From: a virus
Taxonomy: Duplodnaviria > Caudoviricetes
DNA length: 56,682 nucleotides
Direction: 5' to 3' (one strand)
Virus record (IMG/VR): IMGVR_UViG_3300028780_000007
Span: 1-56,682 of that record
Shown here in pieces: positions 17,448-26,529 of the stretch. The position numbers were made by a program, and so were the translations under genes. Under the pieces are notes generated by a model. That model searched no databases. It worked only from the letters and a program-made list of their open reading frames with translations, and was not told the origin of the DNA. Position 1 is the first letter of the stretch. Each line of letters starts with the position of its first letter.

Positions 17448-17852
17448 ATGAGATTAGCATTGGCAAGTTTTTGGTTCGCTCTCACGATCACGATGATTGT
17501 TGTGCAGGATGTAAAGCCGCCCCAGGCGCCAGCGCCTCAAGCCGCGCCTGTACCGGTGCCGCCTGCAGCGCCGAAAGTTTATAAGCCCACCGAGGTTCAA
17601 GGGTTGAAGCTTCAGGTCGCCAAGGACCAAGTGGACATGGTGAAGATGCAGTATCAGAACGCCATGGGGCAGTTGAATTCAACCGTGGAGGCGGTCCGGA
17701 AGGAAGAGGGCTGGCCGGATACGGTGCTGTTCAACATGGACAGCATGACGTTCGTGGAAGGGCCGCCAAAGGCCGCCGCAGTGCCACCAACAACGCCGGC
17801 GCCAGCGAAGCCAGTGGAAGCTCCGAAGCCCGCTCCAAAGCCAAAGAGCTAA
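17448..17852 (+). CDS. membrane-anchored or secreted Pro-rich protein
   Basis: GGAGG RBS, hydrophobic N-terminus, Pro/Ala-rich segments. Confidence 0.6.
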   Translation: MRLALASFWFALTITMIVVQDVKPPQAPAPQAAPVPVPPAAPKVYKPTEVQGLKLQVAKDQVDMVKMQYQNAMGQLNSTVEAVRKEEGWPDTVLFNMDSMTFVEGPPKAAAVPPTTPAPAKPVEAPKPAPKPKS

Positions 17853-17870
17853 ACGTGCCAGAGTAAAACC

Positions 17871-18221
17871 ATGCGGAATCTTTACCAAAACTATCCGTGG
17901 TCGGCCGAGGTTCCTGAAGAGAACGCGGCGTTTGATCATATCCGTTTGACGGCGTTTCATCGGGACACGGAAGATAAGATCAACCCTGAAACCGGCGAGG
18001 TTTGGCCTGCTACGTTTGAGTATTACGGCCGGATCCTCGCTGTTCGCAAGCGAGACGGAACCTTTTTCTACGTGAATATGACCTTGGACAAAGACTTCGC
18101 TGAGTGGCCGGAAGAAAAGCAGCAATCTTATTTGGATTCCAAGGTGATCATTTCGATGATGTTTCTAAACACGTTTGCGGATTGCGCTTGCACCGCGCAG
18201 CAGCCTTGTCCGCGGCATTAG
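17871..18221 (+). CDS. hypothetical protein
   Basis: 116 aa, last gene of the plus-strand block. Confidence 0.6.
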   Translation: MRNLYQNYPWSAEVPEENAAFDHIRLTAFHRDTEDKINPETGEVWPATFEYYGRILAVRKRDGTFFYVNMTLDKDFAEWPEEKQQSYLDSKVIISMMFLNTFADCACTAQQPCPRH

Positions 18222-18339
18222 GTGGGAAGCGGAGGCGCTCGGGGGAGCGCCCCGCAGGGGTGTTCGGTTGTCCCGCGGTGAAGGGGACGGACTGAACGCT
18301 TCGAAAGATACCTTCAGTACTGGTACTGCGTCAAGCGGA

Positions 18340-18513
18340 TTAGCCGAGAAAAACGTCCAAGAACTTCTGCCATGCGCTCTTTGGAAGAGCCACAACGACT
18401 ACCGGCTCCTTTGTGAACACTCGAGCGGGGATGGCAGTGGGGGCGATCTCCGCGATTACGTGATGCTTCACCGGCTTCTTCGATTTTGGATGTTTCTTGT
18501 TGCGTTTGGGCAT
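18340..18513 (-). CDS. small basic hypothetical protein
   Basis: 57 aa MPKRNKKHPKSKKP...; AAGGAGG RBS. Confidence 0.55.
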   Translation of the reverse strand: MPKRNKKHPKSKKPVKHHVIAEIAPTAIPARVFTKEPVVVVALPKSAWQKFLDVFLG

Positions 18514-18531
18514 GACAGCCTCCTTTTTTAA

Positions 18532-19032
18532 TTAAGAAACGAGATCGGGACCATCTTCAAGGGCACAACACGCTGTAGGAGCCACGCCAGCCGCCCAGAT
18601 CCGGCAAAATAAGGGCCTGCCGTCGTTATCTGGATGTTTGGCCTTATCTGCGTACTCGCAGCGCTTACAACCGAAGCCAAGGGCCTTGGGGCGCTCCGCG
18701 TAGCCGGCCATTTCCTTCGAGTATTTCTTGGATGGAACGGTGTCCGTGCCACGTTCGGCTTCCTCGCGCTTCCAGAACATGCAGGAGCCGGCTTCCATGG
18801 AAATCTTGCCTTCTACCCAAGTACAGCCGCTCGAGCCCTTCTTACGAATGCACTCACCGCACAGGTAATCTCCGTGGTGATCGTAGAAAGGGCCAAATTC
18901 GTAGTAAAACGCGGCGGTCTCCGCCTCGTGGCGCCGGCGAGACTCCGCGCCATAGTCGCGGTTTTTGGGCTCAAGGTAGCCCGAGGCGTTCTTGGTTAGC
19001 TGGTCGATCGCGACGTCGAAATCACGCGGCAT
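18532..19032 (-). CDS. tandem HiPIP-like 4-Cys repeat protein
   Basis: CGEC...CTWVEGKIS...GSCMFW and CKRC...CRIWAAGVAPTACC. Confidence 0.5.
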   Translation of the reverse strand: MPRDFDVAIDQLTKNASGYLEPKNRDYGAESRRRHEAETAAFYYEFGPFYDHHGDYLCGECIRKKGSSGCTWVEGKISMEAGSCMFWKREEAERGTDTVPSKKYSKEMAGYAERPKALGFGCKRCEYADKAKHPDNDGRPLFCRIWAAGVAPTACCALEDGPDLVS

Positions 19033-19105
19033 GGCCAGAAGGGTAGCAAAGTGCAGGGATGGCTCAAAGAAATTCGTAGGGGTGTGGTTCTGTACGGTAA
19101 ACGGC

Positions 19106-19134
19106 TTGACGCGCTCGCTGTTTTGCCTTAGATT
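19106..19134 (+). promoter_or_regulatory. sigma70-like promoter with CGCTCGCTGTTTT in spacer
   Basis: TTGACG-17 nt-TAGATT. Confidence 0.6.
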
Positions 19135-19155
19135 GCTTTGGGGACGTTTGGAAGG

Positions 19156-19198
19156 AACCGGGGAAGCTAATGAGCTCCCAAGCTTACCTTCCCCGGTT
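19156..19198. terminator. hairpin, possibly bidirectional terminator
   Basis: AACCGGGGAAG...CTTCCCCGGTT next to the stop of ORF 19198-19431. Confidence 0.55.
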
Positions 19199-19431
19199 TA
19201 TTTCTTTCTGAAATCACTCGCATTCGGACACGAAACGAAATGCGGCTCGCGCACGTCGCCGGTAGCGTGCTGAATCGTGGCCGTGCTCTTCACGCTCATC
19301 GGCATTTTCTTCCCACCGTTTGTAATCCACCACTCAATTGTCTCGCCGCAGCCGCGACAATTTGCGTCCCCGGTGTACTCGTAGCCAGCAGCTTTCAGTT
19401 CGTCGGATGTCGCTGGAAATTTCAAAGCCAT
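19198..19431 (-). CDS. small Zn-binding phage protein
   Basis: CRGCGETIEW...KKMPM...PHFVSCPNA. Confidence 0.7.
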   Translation of the reverse strand: MALKFPATSDELKAAGYEYTGDANCRGCGETIEWWITNGGKKMPMSVKSTATIQHATGDVREPHFVSCPNASDFRKK

Positions 19432-19474
19432 TCGGTTCTCCTTTTTTTGCGTTTGTCCATATATGGACGATTCG

Positions 19475-19753
19475 TCAACCCGTGTAGCCTGGGGCGCCTG
19501 GAGTATTCCAGTTCACTTCGTCGCTTTTGATGTGGCGTTTCACGCGTTGCAGCGAGCCGAGATCGTCCGCGCGCACCAGGCGCCGACAGCACACCCACTT
19601 GATTTCCAGTTGGTTCATCAACAGTAATAGCATGTGGACGCCGCGCACGCGGTCCGCCTCGAGAACTTCCTTGACGTGGCCTTCGAAGCCGCGGCGGACC
19701 ACGGCGCTGCCGGGGAGGATGTCGCAGTTGCAGACGATGGGCTCGAGTTTCAT
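19475..19753 (-). CDS. hypothetical protein
   Basis: 92 aa, GAGG RBS. Confidence 0.5.
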   Translation of the reverse strand: MKLEPIVCNCDILPGSAVVRRGFEGHVKEVLEADRVRGVHMLLLLMNQLEIKWVCCRRLVRADDLGSLQRVKRHIKSDEVNWNTPGAPGYTG

Positions 19754-19848
19754 TTATCCTCGTAGCGGTGGTGGTGAGATTCTGTGAAAAACTAACGCCG
19801 CCGTTATAAAGATGGTCACGAAGATCAGGTTAATGGTGGCGAGTACCT

Positions 19849-20091
19849 TCATTGTTGGATGGTTACCTCGCCGACGAGACGAGCACGACCAAAGGCAGAA
19901 CAGTTTTCGAGTCGGTGCGAAACCATGGCCGTCAATAGTTCGGGAAGCGCTAACACGGCCAACGCTTCAAGGTCGCAATCGTGTGCGATGGTTGGAGGGA
20001 AGGGAACGGCTGCATTCGCCGATTCTTCTTCCGGTTCTTCGTGGAATCGTGCTCCGCAGAGCTCGCAAGAGTAAATGCCGAACTTTTTCAT
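19849..20091 (-). CDS. hypothetical protein with CxxC
   Basis: 80 aa, AAGGA RBS. Confidence 0.55.
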   Translation of the reverse strand: MKKFGIYSCELCGARFHEEPEEESANAAVPFPPTIAHDCDLEALAVLALPELLTAMVSHRLENCSAFGRARLVGEVTIQQ

Positions 20092-20191
20092 CGTTTTCCT
20101 TTTGGCCAGAATTTACGGAATCCCCATAAAATAAACATGAACAGAAATGGGGTGAGTTTCAGCAAGCGTTCGTCGATTGGGATCAATAGAT

Positions 20192-20353
20192 TCATGTTTT
20201 GCTTTCGAGTGTCATCGTGATTCGCGTTGGGAATGGGCGCGGCAGGTCTGCTTTCGGGATATAGATTTTGTATGCGCCACCGATGGAAGCGTCACCGTAA
20301 ATCACGGTGTTGGGTGTCTCGCGGATTGGGCCTAGCTCAGTGATTATTTTCAT
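20192..20353 (-). CDS. hypothetical protein
   Basis: Coupled start MKIITELGP. Confidence 0.5.
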   Translation of the reverse strand: MKIITELGPIRETPNTVIYGDASIGGAYKIYIPKADLPRPFPTRITMTLESKT

Positions 20354-21417
20354 GGTTGTGATGGGTCGAGGCTTTGGATGATCTCGTCGAGCTCCTGAAG
20401 CATGGTTGAATCCATATTCCACGAATAGCTTTCACGGAATGCGCGCAAGCGTTCGGCCGGCGTTTTGGTGCTTGGGATGAACCACGATTTAACTTTGCGA
20501 AGCAGCGTTTTGACTGTTTCGGGAACCAAAACCCATTTCATGCCGGCGCTGGTAGCGCGTTCGATTTCGTCTTGACTTGAAACTGGTACGGCTGCCGGGC
20601 CGTGCTTCGCAACGAAATACCGATATTGATGATTTACCAGCGGCTTTTCGGGACTGGCGTGTGCTTCAATGTAGCGAACATCCGGTGCCTGGGTGCGAAG
20701 AAGTTCAAGTGCGCGATTGCTTTTTCGGTCTACCCAGAGTCTCGAGGTTTCGTAGCTTAGATCGAAGCCGTTCACCATTCCGCGGTCGCGATCGAGCTTG
20801 ATGATTCCTGGTGGGAATGAATAACCGCAATGAAAATCCTTTGCGGTCGATACATATAAACTTCCAACGTAAATGCGGCCTTTTTCTTGCGGTTCTTCAA
20901 GGATCCAAGAAAGTTTGCTGTCTTTGGAAGAAGCGTGGATGTTCTTTTGAATCATTTTCCAGTCTGACGGCAGAATGCCGCCAACAAGGAATTGAACGCC
21001 TTTGTGTTCCTCGTGCGGTTCCGTGTAGATGTTCAGTACCGTGGAGTTGAAGGTTTCATCGTGCTCGAGTCGTGCCGTCCATTTTTCGCTGCCGCTCAGA
21101 ATCTCTACGCCGTGAGTTTTCAGACGGCACAAGACCAACAACGCCAGTTTGTAGCCTTCGCCAAACTTCCCGCGTTGATCCTGGTCGTCGCGCTTGGATG
21201 TTTTTCCCAGAACGAGAGTTTCCGGAGAGAGTTGTCCTTTCGAAGTGGTGATGCGCAGAATGCCTTGAGCAACGTCGTCCTCGTATTCAATCTTTGCGAT
21301 GCACGTCGGATCGTGCGTTTGCTCGTCGAGCGCATTCTGGTAAATCTCGCGTATCGCCTCCCAAAGCCCCCAGTGCGCAACGTACTCCGGAGAAATTGGC
21401 AACGTGAATTTGTTCAT
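20350..21417 (-). CDS. GHKL-type ATPase domain protein
   Basis: EAIREIYQNALD; LVLGKTSKRDD...GKFGEGYKLALLVL. Confidence 0.75.
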   Translation of the reverse strand: MNKFTLPISPEYVAHWGLWEAIREIYQNALDEQTHDPTCIAKIEYEDDVAQGILRITTSKGQLSPETLVLGKTSKRDDQDQRGKFGEGYKLALLVLCRLKTHGVEILSGSEKWTARLEHDETFNSTVLNIYTEPHEEHKGVQFLVGGILPSDWKMIQKNIHASSKDSKLSWILEEPQEKGRIYVGSLYVSTAKDFHCGYSFPPGIIKLDRDRGMVNGFDLSYETSRLWVDRKSNRALELLRTQAPDVRYIEAHASPEKPLVNHQYRYFVAKHGPAAVPVSSQDEIERATSAGMKWVLVPETVKTLLRKVKSWFIPSTKTPAERLRAFRESYSWNMDSTMLQELDEIIQSLDPSQP

Positions 21418-21650
21418 TCGCTAACCTCGTTTTTCTCAAGTTCCCAGGCCTTTACGGTCGCGTAAGCGCTGGCAATCGCAGTACTTACCACGTCGGCGCT
21501 GACGATAACGACCAGGAAAACGAGATAGAGAATCCCTAAGATCGCCGAGAGGATGTTGCGGCAAACATCGTTGTAAATAGCCTCCGGGCGCGGTCGGCTG
21601 GACGCCAAACGCTCGGTTGCCTCTTTCGCGCGGGCGAGAAGTGATGTCAT
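21414..21650 (-). CDS. membrane protein
   Basis: 78 aa, one TM, coupled. Confidence 0.55.
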   Translation of the reverse strand: MTSLLARAKEATERLASSRPRPEAIYNDVCRNILSAILGILYLVFLVVIVSADVVSTAIASAYATVKAWELEKNEVSE

Positions 21651-21862
21651 TTTGCCCCCATGCTTTTTGCTGCGGCCAGAGCTTTTTCGAGCAGTCGTTC
21701 GATCATGGTTATTTCGACGATTTCGCCTTTTGGTCCCGGTTTGTTGACCATGAAGTTAGCCTCGCCACGCTGTCTTGCGGACAGCAAAATGCTCGATAAA
21801 ACGCCTAATTCGTATGCTGTCAGTCGTATAACGCGATCTTCAGGAAGCCAGTTCGATGCCAT
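21647..21862 (-). CDS. hypothetical protein
   Basis: 71 aa, GAGG RBS. Confidence 0.55.
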   Translation of the reverse strand: MASNWLPEDRVIRLTAYELGVLSSILLSARQRGEANFMVNKPGPKGEIVEITMIERLLEKALAAAKSMGAK

Positions 21863-21905
21863 TTTTCCTCTTTCTCCGTGTCGCTTTCACTTTTCCTCGT
21901 TACCT

Positions 21906-22091
21906 TCAAAGTGGTGGTCGCTTAAGCCCTTCTAAGTGCATTTTGTGCAAAATGTCCGCGAGGATCTCAAGATCGCTAAGAGTCGCTGGAATGTCCTGAA
22001 AACGCGCGGAGCGCAGAGCGTTCTTGAGCCATTCCGAAGTGCTGGAATTGGACAACAACCTCTCCGCTTCGAGTTGAGCTTTACTCTTCAC
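21906..22091 (-). CDS. hypothetical protein
   Basis: 61 aa; STSEWLKNALRSA. Confidence 0.5.
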   Translation of the reverse strand: MKSKAQLEAERLLSNSSTSEWLKNALRSARFQDIPATLSDLEILADILHKMHLEGLKRPPL

Positions 22092-22266
22092 GTGTATCCC
22101 TGAGTAGGTTTTTGACTTTCACGCCAACGCTGCCGGCTTTGGCCTCGTCGATCAGGCAACCGCGCGGGCAAATTATTTCTCCGGTGATGGCTTCGTTGAG
22201 CATAGCCTTCTCCATTTCCGTGAAATTCTCTCGAATGCGGTTCCAATCTTCTGCTGTTAGCAACAT
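22081..22266 (-). CDS. hypothetical protein
   Basis: 61 aa, operonic. Confidence 0.5.
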   Translation of the reverse strand: MLLTAEDWNRIRENFTEMEKAMLNEAITGEIICPRGCLIDEAKAGSVGVKVKNLLRDTREE

Positions 22267-22276
22267 TTGTGGCCTC

Positions 22277-22474
22277 TCACTTGGGGATCGTGATTACCTC
22301 AACAACTGCGCTTTGGTGCGGTTTAACAAGTGCTGGTTTGTCGTGCGCGCCGCCCAAGTGGATGTAGAGTCTACCGTTTTCTTGGGACCAGCAAACGGTA
22401 ACTGCGGCCGCATTGAGCCCTTCATTGCGAACTTCAACGGATTTGACGCCTAATACCGGGAATGGTGCGGTCAC
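22277..22474 (-). CDS. hypothetical protein
   Basis: AAGGAG RBS adjacent to palindrome copy 22486. Confidence 0.5.
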   Translation of the reverse strand: MTAPFPVLGVKSVEVRNEGLNAAAVTVCWSQENGRLYIHLGGAHDKPALVKPHQSAVVEVITIPK

Positions 22475-22502
22475 AATGCTCCTTTGTCCATATATGGACG
22501 AT

Positions 22503-22979
22503 TCAGTTGATGAATTCCACCTGAATGCCGTTTACGGCGAAGAGTTCGGCGATCTTTTCCTCGCGTTGTTTTTCGGTTATAAGGCGGTTGTCGTTTGTGT
22601 CGTAAATTTCACTGATATTGCCATACGCCTTAAAAATCGCCCATTGAGGCCACAGTTTGGCTGTGTTTGCGCAACCGTATGCGGTTTGCACATCAAGAAG
22701 CACGTTGTCTGGGATTCCAAGAGCTTGACCAAAAATACCCACGCAACAGCGTTTCCCGTCATGGGTTAGTGATCCGCGCACGTATTTTGCGCAGAAAACG
22801 ATATCGTGGAAGTCTCGCAAATGAATAATAACTAGGTGTCTTTGCCGATGTGAGGCGAGCTCTACGAAGCATTCCAGGCAGAGAATCTTTTTCCACCATC
22901 GCCGCGCGAGCAATTTCCATCCCCGGTCGCCGATATGCCAAGAGATGACCATTTCGCGTTTGCAGTTAGCGCACTTCAC
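22503..22979 (-). CDS. hypothetical protein, possibly two fused small domains
   Basis: 158 aa, N-terminal CxxC pairs, C-terminal YDTND...IAELFA. Confidence 0.55.
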   Translation of the reverse strand: MKCANCKREMVISWHIGDRGWKLLARRWWKKILCLECFVELASHRQRHLVIIHLRDFHDIVFCAKYVRGSLTHDGKRCCVGIFGQALGIPDNVLLDVQTAYGCANTAKLWPQWAIFKAYGNISEIYDTNDNRLITEKQREEKIAELFAVNGIQVEFIN

Positions 22980-22982
22980 GTT

Positions 22983-23246
22983 TTAGACTCCGAGCGCTTT
23001 GCGCGCTTTTTCGGGGATGTGGGCCTGAACTTTGGCAAGTGGGCCGCGAATGGTCTTTTTGCTGTCCGGAAGCGTCACTTCGAAGTAATCCTTGTAGTTG
23101 CAGCGGATCACCGTTGTGTACTTGAATACGCTTTTGCGTGCCTCCTGAACGAGTTTACGGGCTCCGTAGAGCGGAATGTGACAATAGATAATGCGGAGTC
23201 CGTCCGATCCAATAGCAAGGAAATCGTAAGCGTTTAGATTGCTCAA
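22983..23246 (-). CDS. hypothetical protein
   Basis: 87 aa, coupled. Confidence 0.5.
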   Translation of the reverse strand: MSNLNAYDFLAIGSDGLRIIYCHIPLYGARKLVQEARKSVFKYTTVIRCNYKDYFEVTLPDSKKTIRGPLAKVQAHIPEKARKALGV

Positions 23247-23482
23247 AATAGGCTCGGTTGGAACAGGTGCGGCAGTTGGCCGGCAGCTTCCATGCGGTTA
23301 GTGAAGATGGCTACGGTCTTAACTTCGAGCTTGGCAGGTTCTTCGCCGGCACCAAATGCCGGAATGGGGATTTCGCTTCTCACGGCGATCTGCACGCGGG
23401 CGCATGTCGGACACCAGAATGCGCCGGTATCGCGCCCTTCGAGCGCTGGAGACATCGTTTTACCGTCAAAGACGCAGAACAT
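23243..23482 (-). CDS. small Zn-ribbon-like protein
   Basis: 79 aa, CPTC. Confidence 0.5.
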   Translation of the reverse strand: MFCVFDGKTMSPALEGRDTGAFWCPTCARVQIAVRSEIPIPAFGAGEEPAKLEVKTVAIFTNRMEAAGQLPHLFQPSLF

Positions 23483-23718
23483 TAGTTCACCTTCCTGGGT
23501 ACTTTTTCGCGCCAGCGCAACCCAATAGCTGCGCCTGCGGCTACGAGTGAACGGAAAATGCCCGCCGAGTTTGAGGTTGCGTCGGTAATGACCATCATAG
23601 ATGCGTTTTCGACCAATTTATTCAGTTCGGCGGGGTCAATTTTGAGCGCGGCGCACATTTCTGGCACAGTAGGCAAATTTTCTTCGGCCACGCCATCCAT
23701 CAGTTCAGGAATTGTCAT
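23482..23718 (-). CDS. hypothetical protein
   Basis: Start re-called after AAGGAG RBS and promoter. Confidence 0.6.
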   Translation of the reverse strand: MTIPELMDGVAEENLPTVPEMCAALKIDPAELNKLVENASMMVITDATSNSAGIFRSLVAAGAAIGLRWREKVPRKVN

Positions 23719-23740
23719 TGTGCTCCTTAACCTCGCGCTG

Positions 23741-23769
23741 ACAATAGCGCGGAAAACAGCGAGCGTCAA
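23741..23769 (-). promoter_or_regulatory. sigma70-like promoter with CGCTCGCTGTTTT motif
   Basis: TTGACG-17 nt-TATTGT. Confidence 0.65.
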
Positions 23770-23950
23770 CTGCTTTTCGTGCGGATGCTGCGAATCATGC
23801 TGAACGGATGGAAAGGAACGAATTGCACGGGCCTCGCGCCCAGGTCAAAGTACCCAAGCGCGAGGTATCCGAGGCGCCACGCGTACGCTGACAGCGTAAC
23901 GTGGCCGGGGCAATTGCGGAGCGGAACCAGTATAAACGGTGGTTTAATCC

Positions 23951-24334
23951 TCATTCGAACTTTCCGAATAGTTTGGGTGGTTGAGATTCGATTACGTCGG
24001 CGATCTCCGCGAAAGACTTTCCAGTGTCATTAAGACCGATTAAACTTCGCTCGCCGCTGTCCAGCAGGGTGTTGTAAACGCCTGCCGTAGTGGCCAGTCC
24101 GAGCCATTCGGCGACTACAACCGGCAAATTGGTGCGTTGGTCGGCATAGAAAAACCGGCCTTCAGATTCTCTTGCCGGTGGAATTATGCCGGCATCAACA
24201 GCCAATTCGCACGCGACTCCTAAACAGCAATACCGTTTTTCGCCTTCTTCGCCGATCAGGCATAGCGAGGCGTGGGCTTGCTGGAATTTCCCGCTCCGTA
24301 GAGCTTCAATCCATTTCTTTGCATTTTCGTTCAT
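23951..24334 (-). CDS. conserved-type phage hypothetical protein
   Basis: WIEALRSGKFQQ...CCLGVACE...LNDTGKSFAEIADVIE; AAGGAG RBS. Confidence 0.7.
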   Translation of the reverse strand: MNENAKKWIEALRSGKFQQAHASLCLIGEEGEKRYCCLGVACELAVDAGIIPPARESEGRFFYADQRTNLPVVVAEWLGLATTAGVYNTLLDSGERSLIGLNDTGKSFAEIADVIESQPPKLFGKFE

Positions 24335-24343
24335 AACGCTCCT

Positions 24344-24562
24344 TTATTCACAGTTTAAGCGCTCTACGAGCGCATCAATTTGTACTTCGTTCAATGGCTG
24401 GTGATCTTCGAAAAACGGCATAAAATCGTTTTGGGTGTTCGCTTGGGCGGGCAGGTAATCCGGGCCGATCTTGGATTGCCAGAACCGCAACGCGGCCAGA
24501 ATGGTTGCAAACTCGCGCGGGTTGACATTGAATGTGTGAATCCTTCGTGGAAAACTAGCCAT
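24344..24562 (-). CDS. hypothetical protein
   Basis: REFATILAALRFWQ...IDALVERLN; GGAGG RBS. Confidence 0.65.
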   Translation of the reverse strand: MASFPRRIHTFNVNPREFATILAALRFWQSKIGPDYLPAQANTQNDFMPFFEDHQPLNEVQIDALVERLNCE

Positions 24563-24893
24563 TGATTCGTACCTCCGCTAGAAGTTTTTCTCTTGCATGG
24601 ATGAGCCTTACCACAAGCGCGCGAAATGTAATGTCCTGGGTGTTCTTCGCCTTTTCGTGCGCGTCGTCGAGATACTCAATCCAGGCCGAATGTCCGTCGC
24701 GTTCGTAGAAAACCACGTATCCGCCCGTATCCATTTTTCCGCGGTAAAGCGTGCCTAATAGCGTCCCTTCGTTTGCGATGTAATCATGGCCGCGCCGGGT
24801 TGTGATGTCGTGCAAGAACAGGGCTAGCAGGTTGTTCTTGTACTTTAGCTGCTGGATTTCTAAGATCAATTCGCCTCTGGTGATTTGTGGCAT
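24555..24893 (-). CDS. hypothetical protein
   Basis: 112 aa, GGAGG RBS. Confidence 0.6.
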   Translation of the reverse strand: MPQITRGELILEIQQLKYKNNLLALFLHDITTRRGHDYIANEGTLLGTLYRGKMDTGGYVVFYERDGHSAWIEYLDDAHEKAKNTQDITFRALVVRLIHAREKLLAEVRING

Positions 24894-25051
24894 TAACCCT
24901 CCACGACTAGCAGCGCCGTATTAACGTTGGTTCCCTGTTCTTTGAACGTGTCCGCTGGAAGTACTTCCCAAGTGCCGAGCGGTTTTAGTTGATCGTTTTG
25001 GCGTGGGCCGTTAGCGCAGATCGCCACGAGGCGGCCGCCCGGCTTCAGCAT
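24893..25051 (-). pseudogene. C-terminal remnant of an N6-adenine DNA methyltransferase
   Basis: MLKPGGRLVAICANGPRQ...LPADTFKEQGTNVNTALLVV; SAM-binding and NPPF motifs absent. Confidence 0.65.
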
Positions 25052-25067
25052 CGTCGCTAAACATGAT

Positions 25068-25349
25068 CTAGGCTCCTTTGCGTGTTTCCGGGTATTGAGT
25101 AGTGTTTACTTCTTTCTCGCGCTGGTCGGCCAGTTTATACGCGTGGCGCGTAGGTCGCTGTGGGACAATCCCATTCTCAAAGAGCACGCGCCATTCATAA
25201 GCAATCACGCGCTCCGCGATATCAAGCGCATCCCCGCCAGCACTCGCATAACTCACGGCCACCGCCGCCAGTACAGCCTTCGGCATCTCATCAAATAACT
25301 TGCCGAGTGCCTTCGAGTATTCGTTGTGCATAGTGTTTATCCCGCTCAT
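25068..25349 (-). CDS. hypothetical protein
   Basis: Start re-called at MSGINT; PKAVLAAVAVS...EWRVLFENGIVPQRP. Confidence 0.6.
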   Translation of the reverse strand: MSGINTMHNEYSKALGKLFDEMPKAVLAAVAVSYASAGGDALDIAERVIAYEWRVLFENGIVPQRPTRHAYKLADQREKEVNTTQYPETRKGA

Positions 25350-25446
25350 TACTTTCTTCCCCTTCCGTACACCAATAAAAGAACTACATTGAGCCACCAG
25401 AACACAATCAAATACAGCCGATCTTCCAGCGCGAACACGCGTATAT

Positions 25447-25929
25447 TCATAGGTTTGCAAGAATATTGCGCGCTTCGGCGAGAGACTGACAAGCGGCCCA
25501 CCAATCAAGGATTTCAGGGCCACGGGAGCGGAGATATTCGGTTAAAGCGCGGCTGTATGAGCGTTCGAGCCAGTCAATACCCGCGTTGCGGCGGGTTGAG
25601 GTGAGGCGGAAGCCCTTCTCTGGGCAGAGAGTAGCAGGGCTTCCGGTTTGTGTGGCGGGAACGTCTGTAGGTAGGTGCGCTGAGGAATCGGTATTAAAGG
25701 ATGCTCCCCCGTCAAGTTGTGCGCTCGCGGTTACGCGCGTAACCTGTTGAGTAGCAGTAACTTGCCCCGTCGAAGCATCCATTGATACTGATTCTTGCAA
25801 TTCTTGAGGTAGAAACTTAATCGCTGTCCATGTGTCCTCCGCGTCCATATATGGACGCGGGGCTGTACCAGTACGCGCGTCTCCTTTGCCGCCGTCGAAC
25901 AGCCCCGCTTGAGAGTCTGTGTTTCTCAT
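25447..25929 (-). CDS. hypothetical protein, possibly near-leaderless
   Basis: 160 aa; ATG lies 9 nt downstream of a -10 box. Confidence 0.4.
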   Translation of the reverse strand: MRNTDSQAGLFDGGKGDARTGTAPRPYMDAEDTWTAIKFLPQELQESVSMDASTGQVTATQQVTRVTASAQLDGGASFNTDSSAHLPTDVPATQTGSPATLCPEKGFRLTSTRRNAGIDWLERSYSRALTEYLRSRGPEILDWWAACQSLAEARNILANL

Positions 25930-25938
25930 CGCACGCTG

Positions 25939-25967
25939 ACCGTAACGGAAAACAGCGAGCGTGTCAA
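25939..25967 (-). promoter_or_regulatory. sigma70-like promoter with CGCTCGCTGTTTT in spacer
   Basis: TTGACA-17 nt-TACGGT. Confidence 0.65.
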
Positions 25968-26163
25968 GTACCAGGACTACGAATAGTCAAAGAAAGTTTA
26001 TAAGTAGGTACAGTACTCATAGTAGTACTAGTCTAATTTCCGCTTCTGCACTCTTATCAAGCTGTTTCGCGTCGATAATCGCACAAAATTGTCCAGATAT
26101 GGACGATCCTGAAACGTGAGTACTGGGCCTTGACTAGGGTGATACCCTCGGTGAAATGGACGA

Positions 26164-26529
26164 ATGCGAAAGGTCACAAGTGAAGCCTCTATTGATTGGG
26201 TTCGCCTGTGGGTTCCTGCTCGGTTGCTTCGTGTGTATGATTTGTTGGTTGCTGAGGATTACATGAGCACATTGCCGGAAGCGCTCCGCGCCCACAAGTA
26301 CGAAATCTGTCCTCAGTGTCACGGCGAAATCCGCCGGCGCCCAGGCCCACGGTGCCGCGTGCGCGGCGAGCTAACCCGCGCGTACCTTTATGGCTGTCGC
26401 TGCGGCGAGCGATTCTTCCTGGTCGAGTGGCCTGTACTGTCTGGATGCTACGTGGTCGGCTCACACATGCCGTTGCCGGGTGATATGGAAACGGATGTGT
26501 CCCTGCCGCTGCGCGGCTTCGTTAGTTAG
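26164..26529 (+). CDS. hypothetical Cys-containing protein
   Basis: 121 aa, CPQC...CRC; start uncertain. Confidence 0.4.
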   Translation: MRKVTSEASIDWVRLWVPARLLRVYDLLVAEDYMSTLPEALRAHKYEICPQCHGEIRRRPGPRCRVRGELTRAYLYGCRCGERFFLVEWPVLSGCYVVGSHMPLPGDMETDVSLPLRGFVS

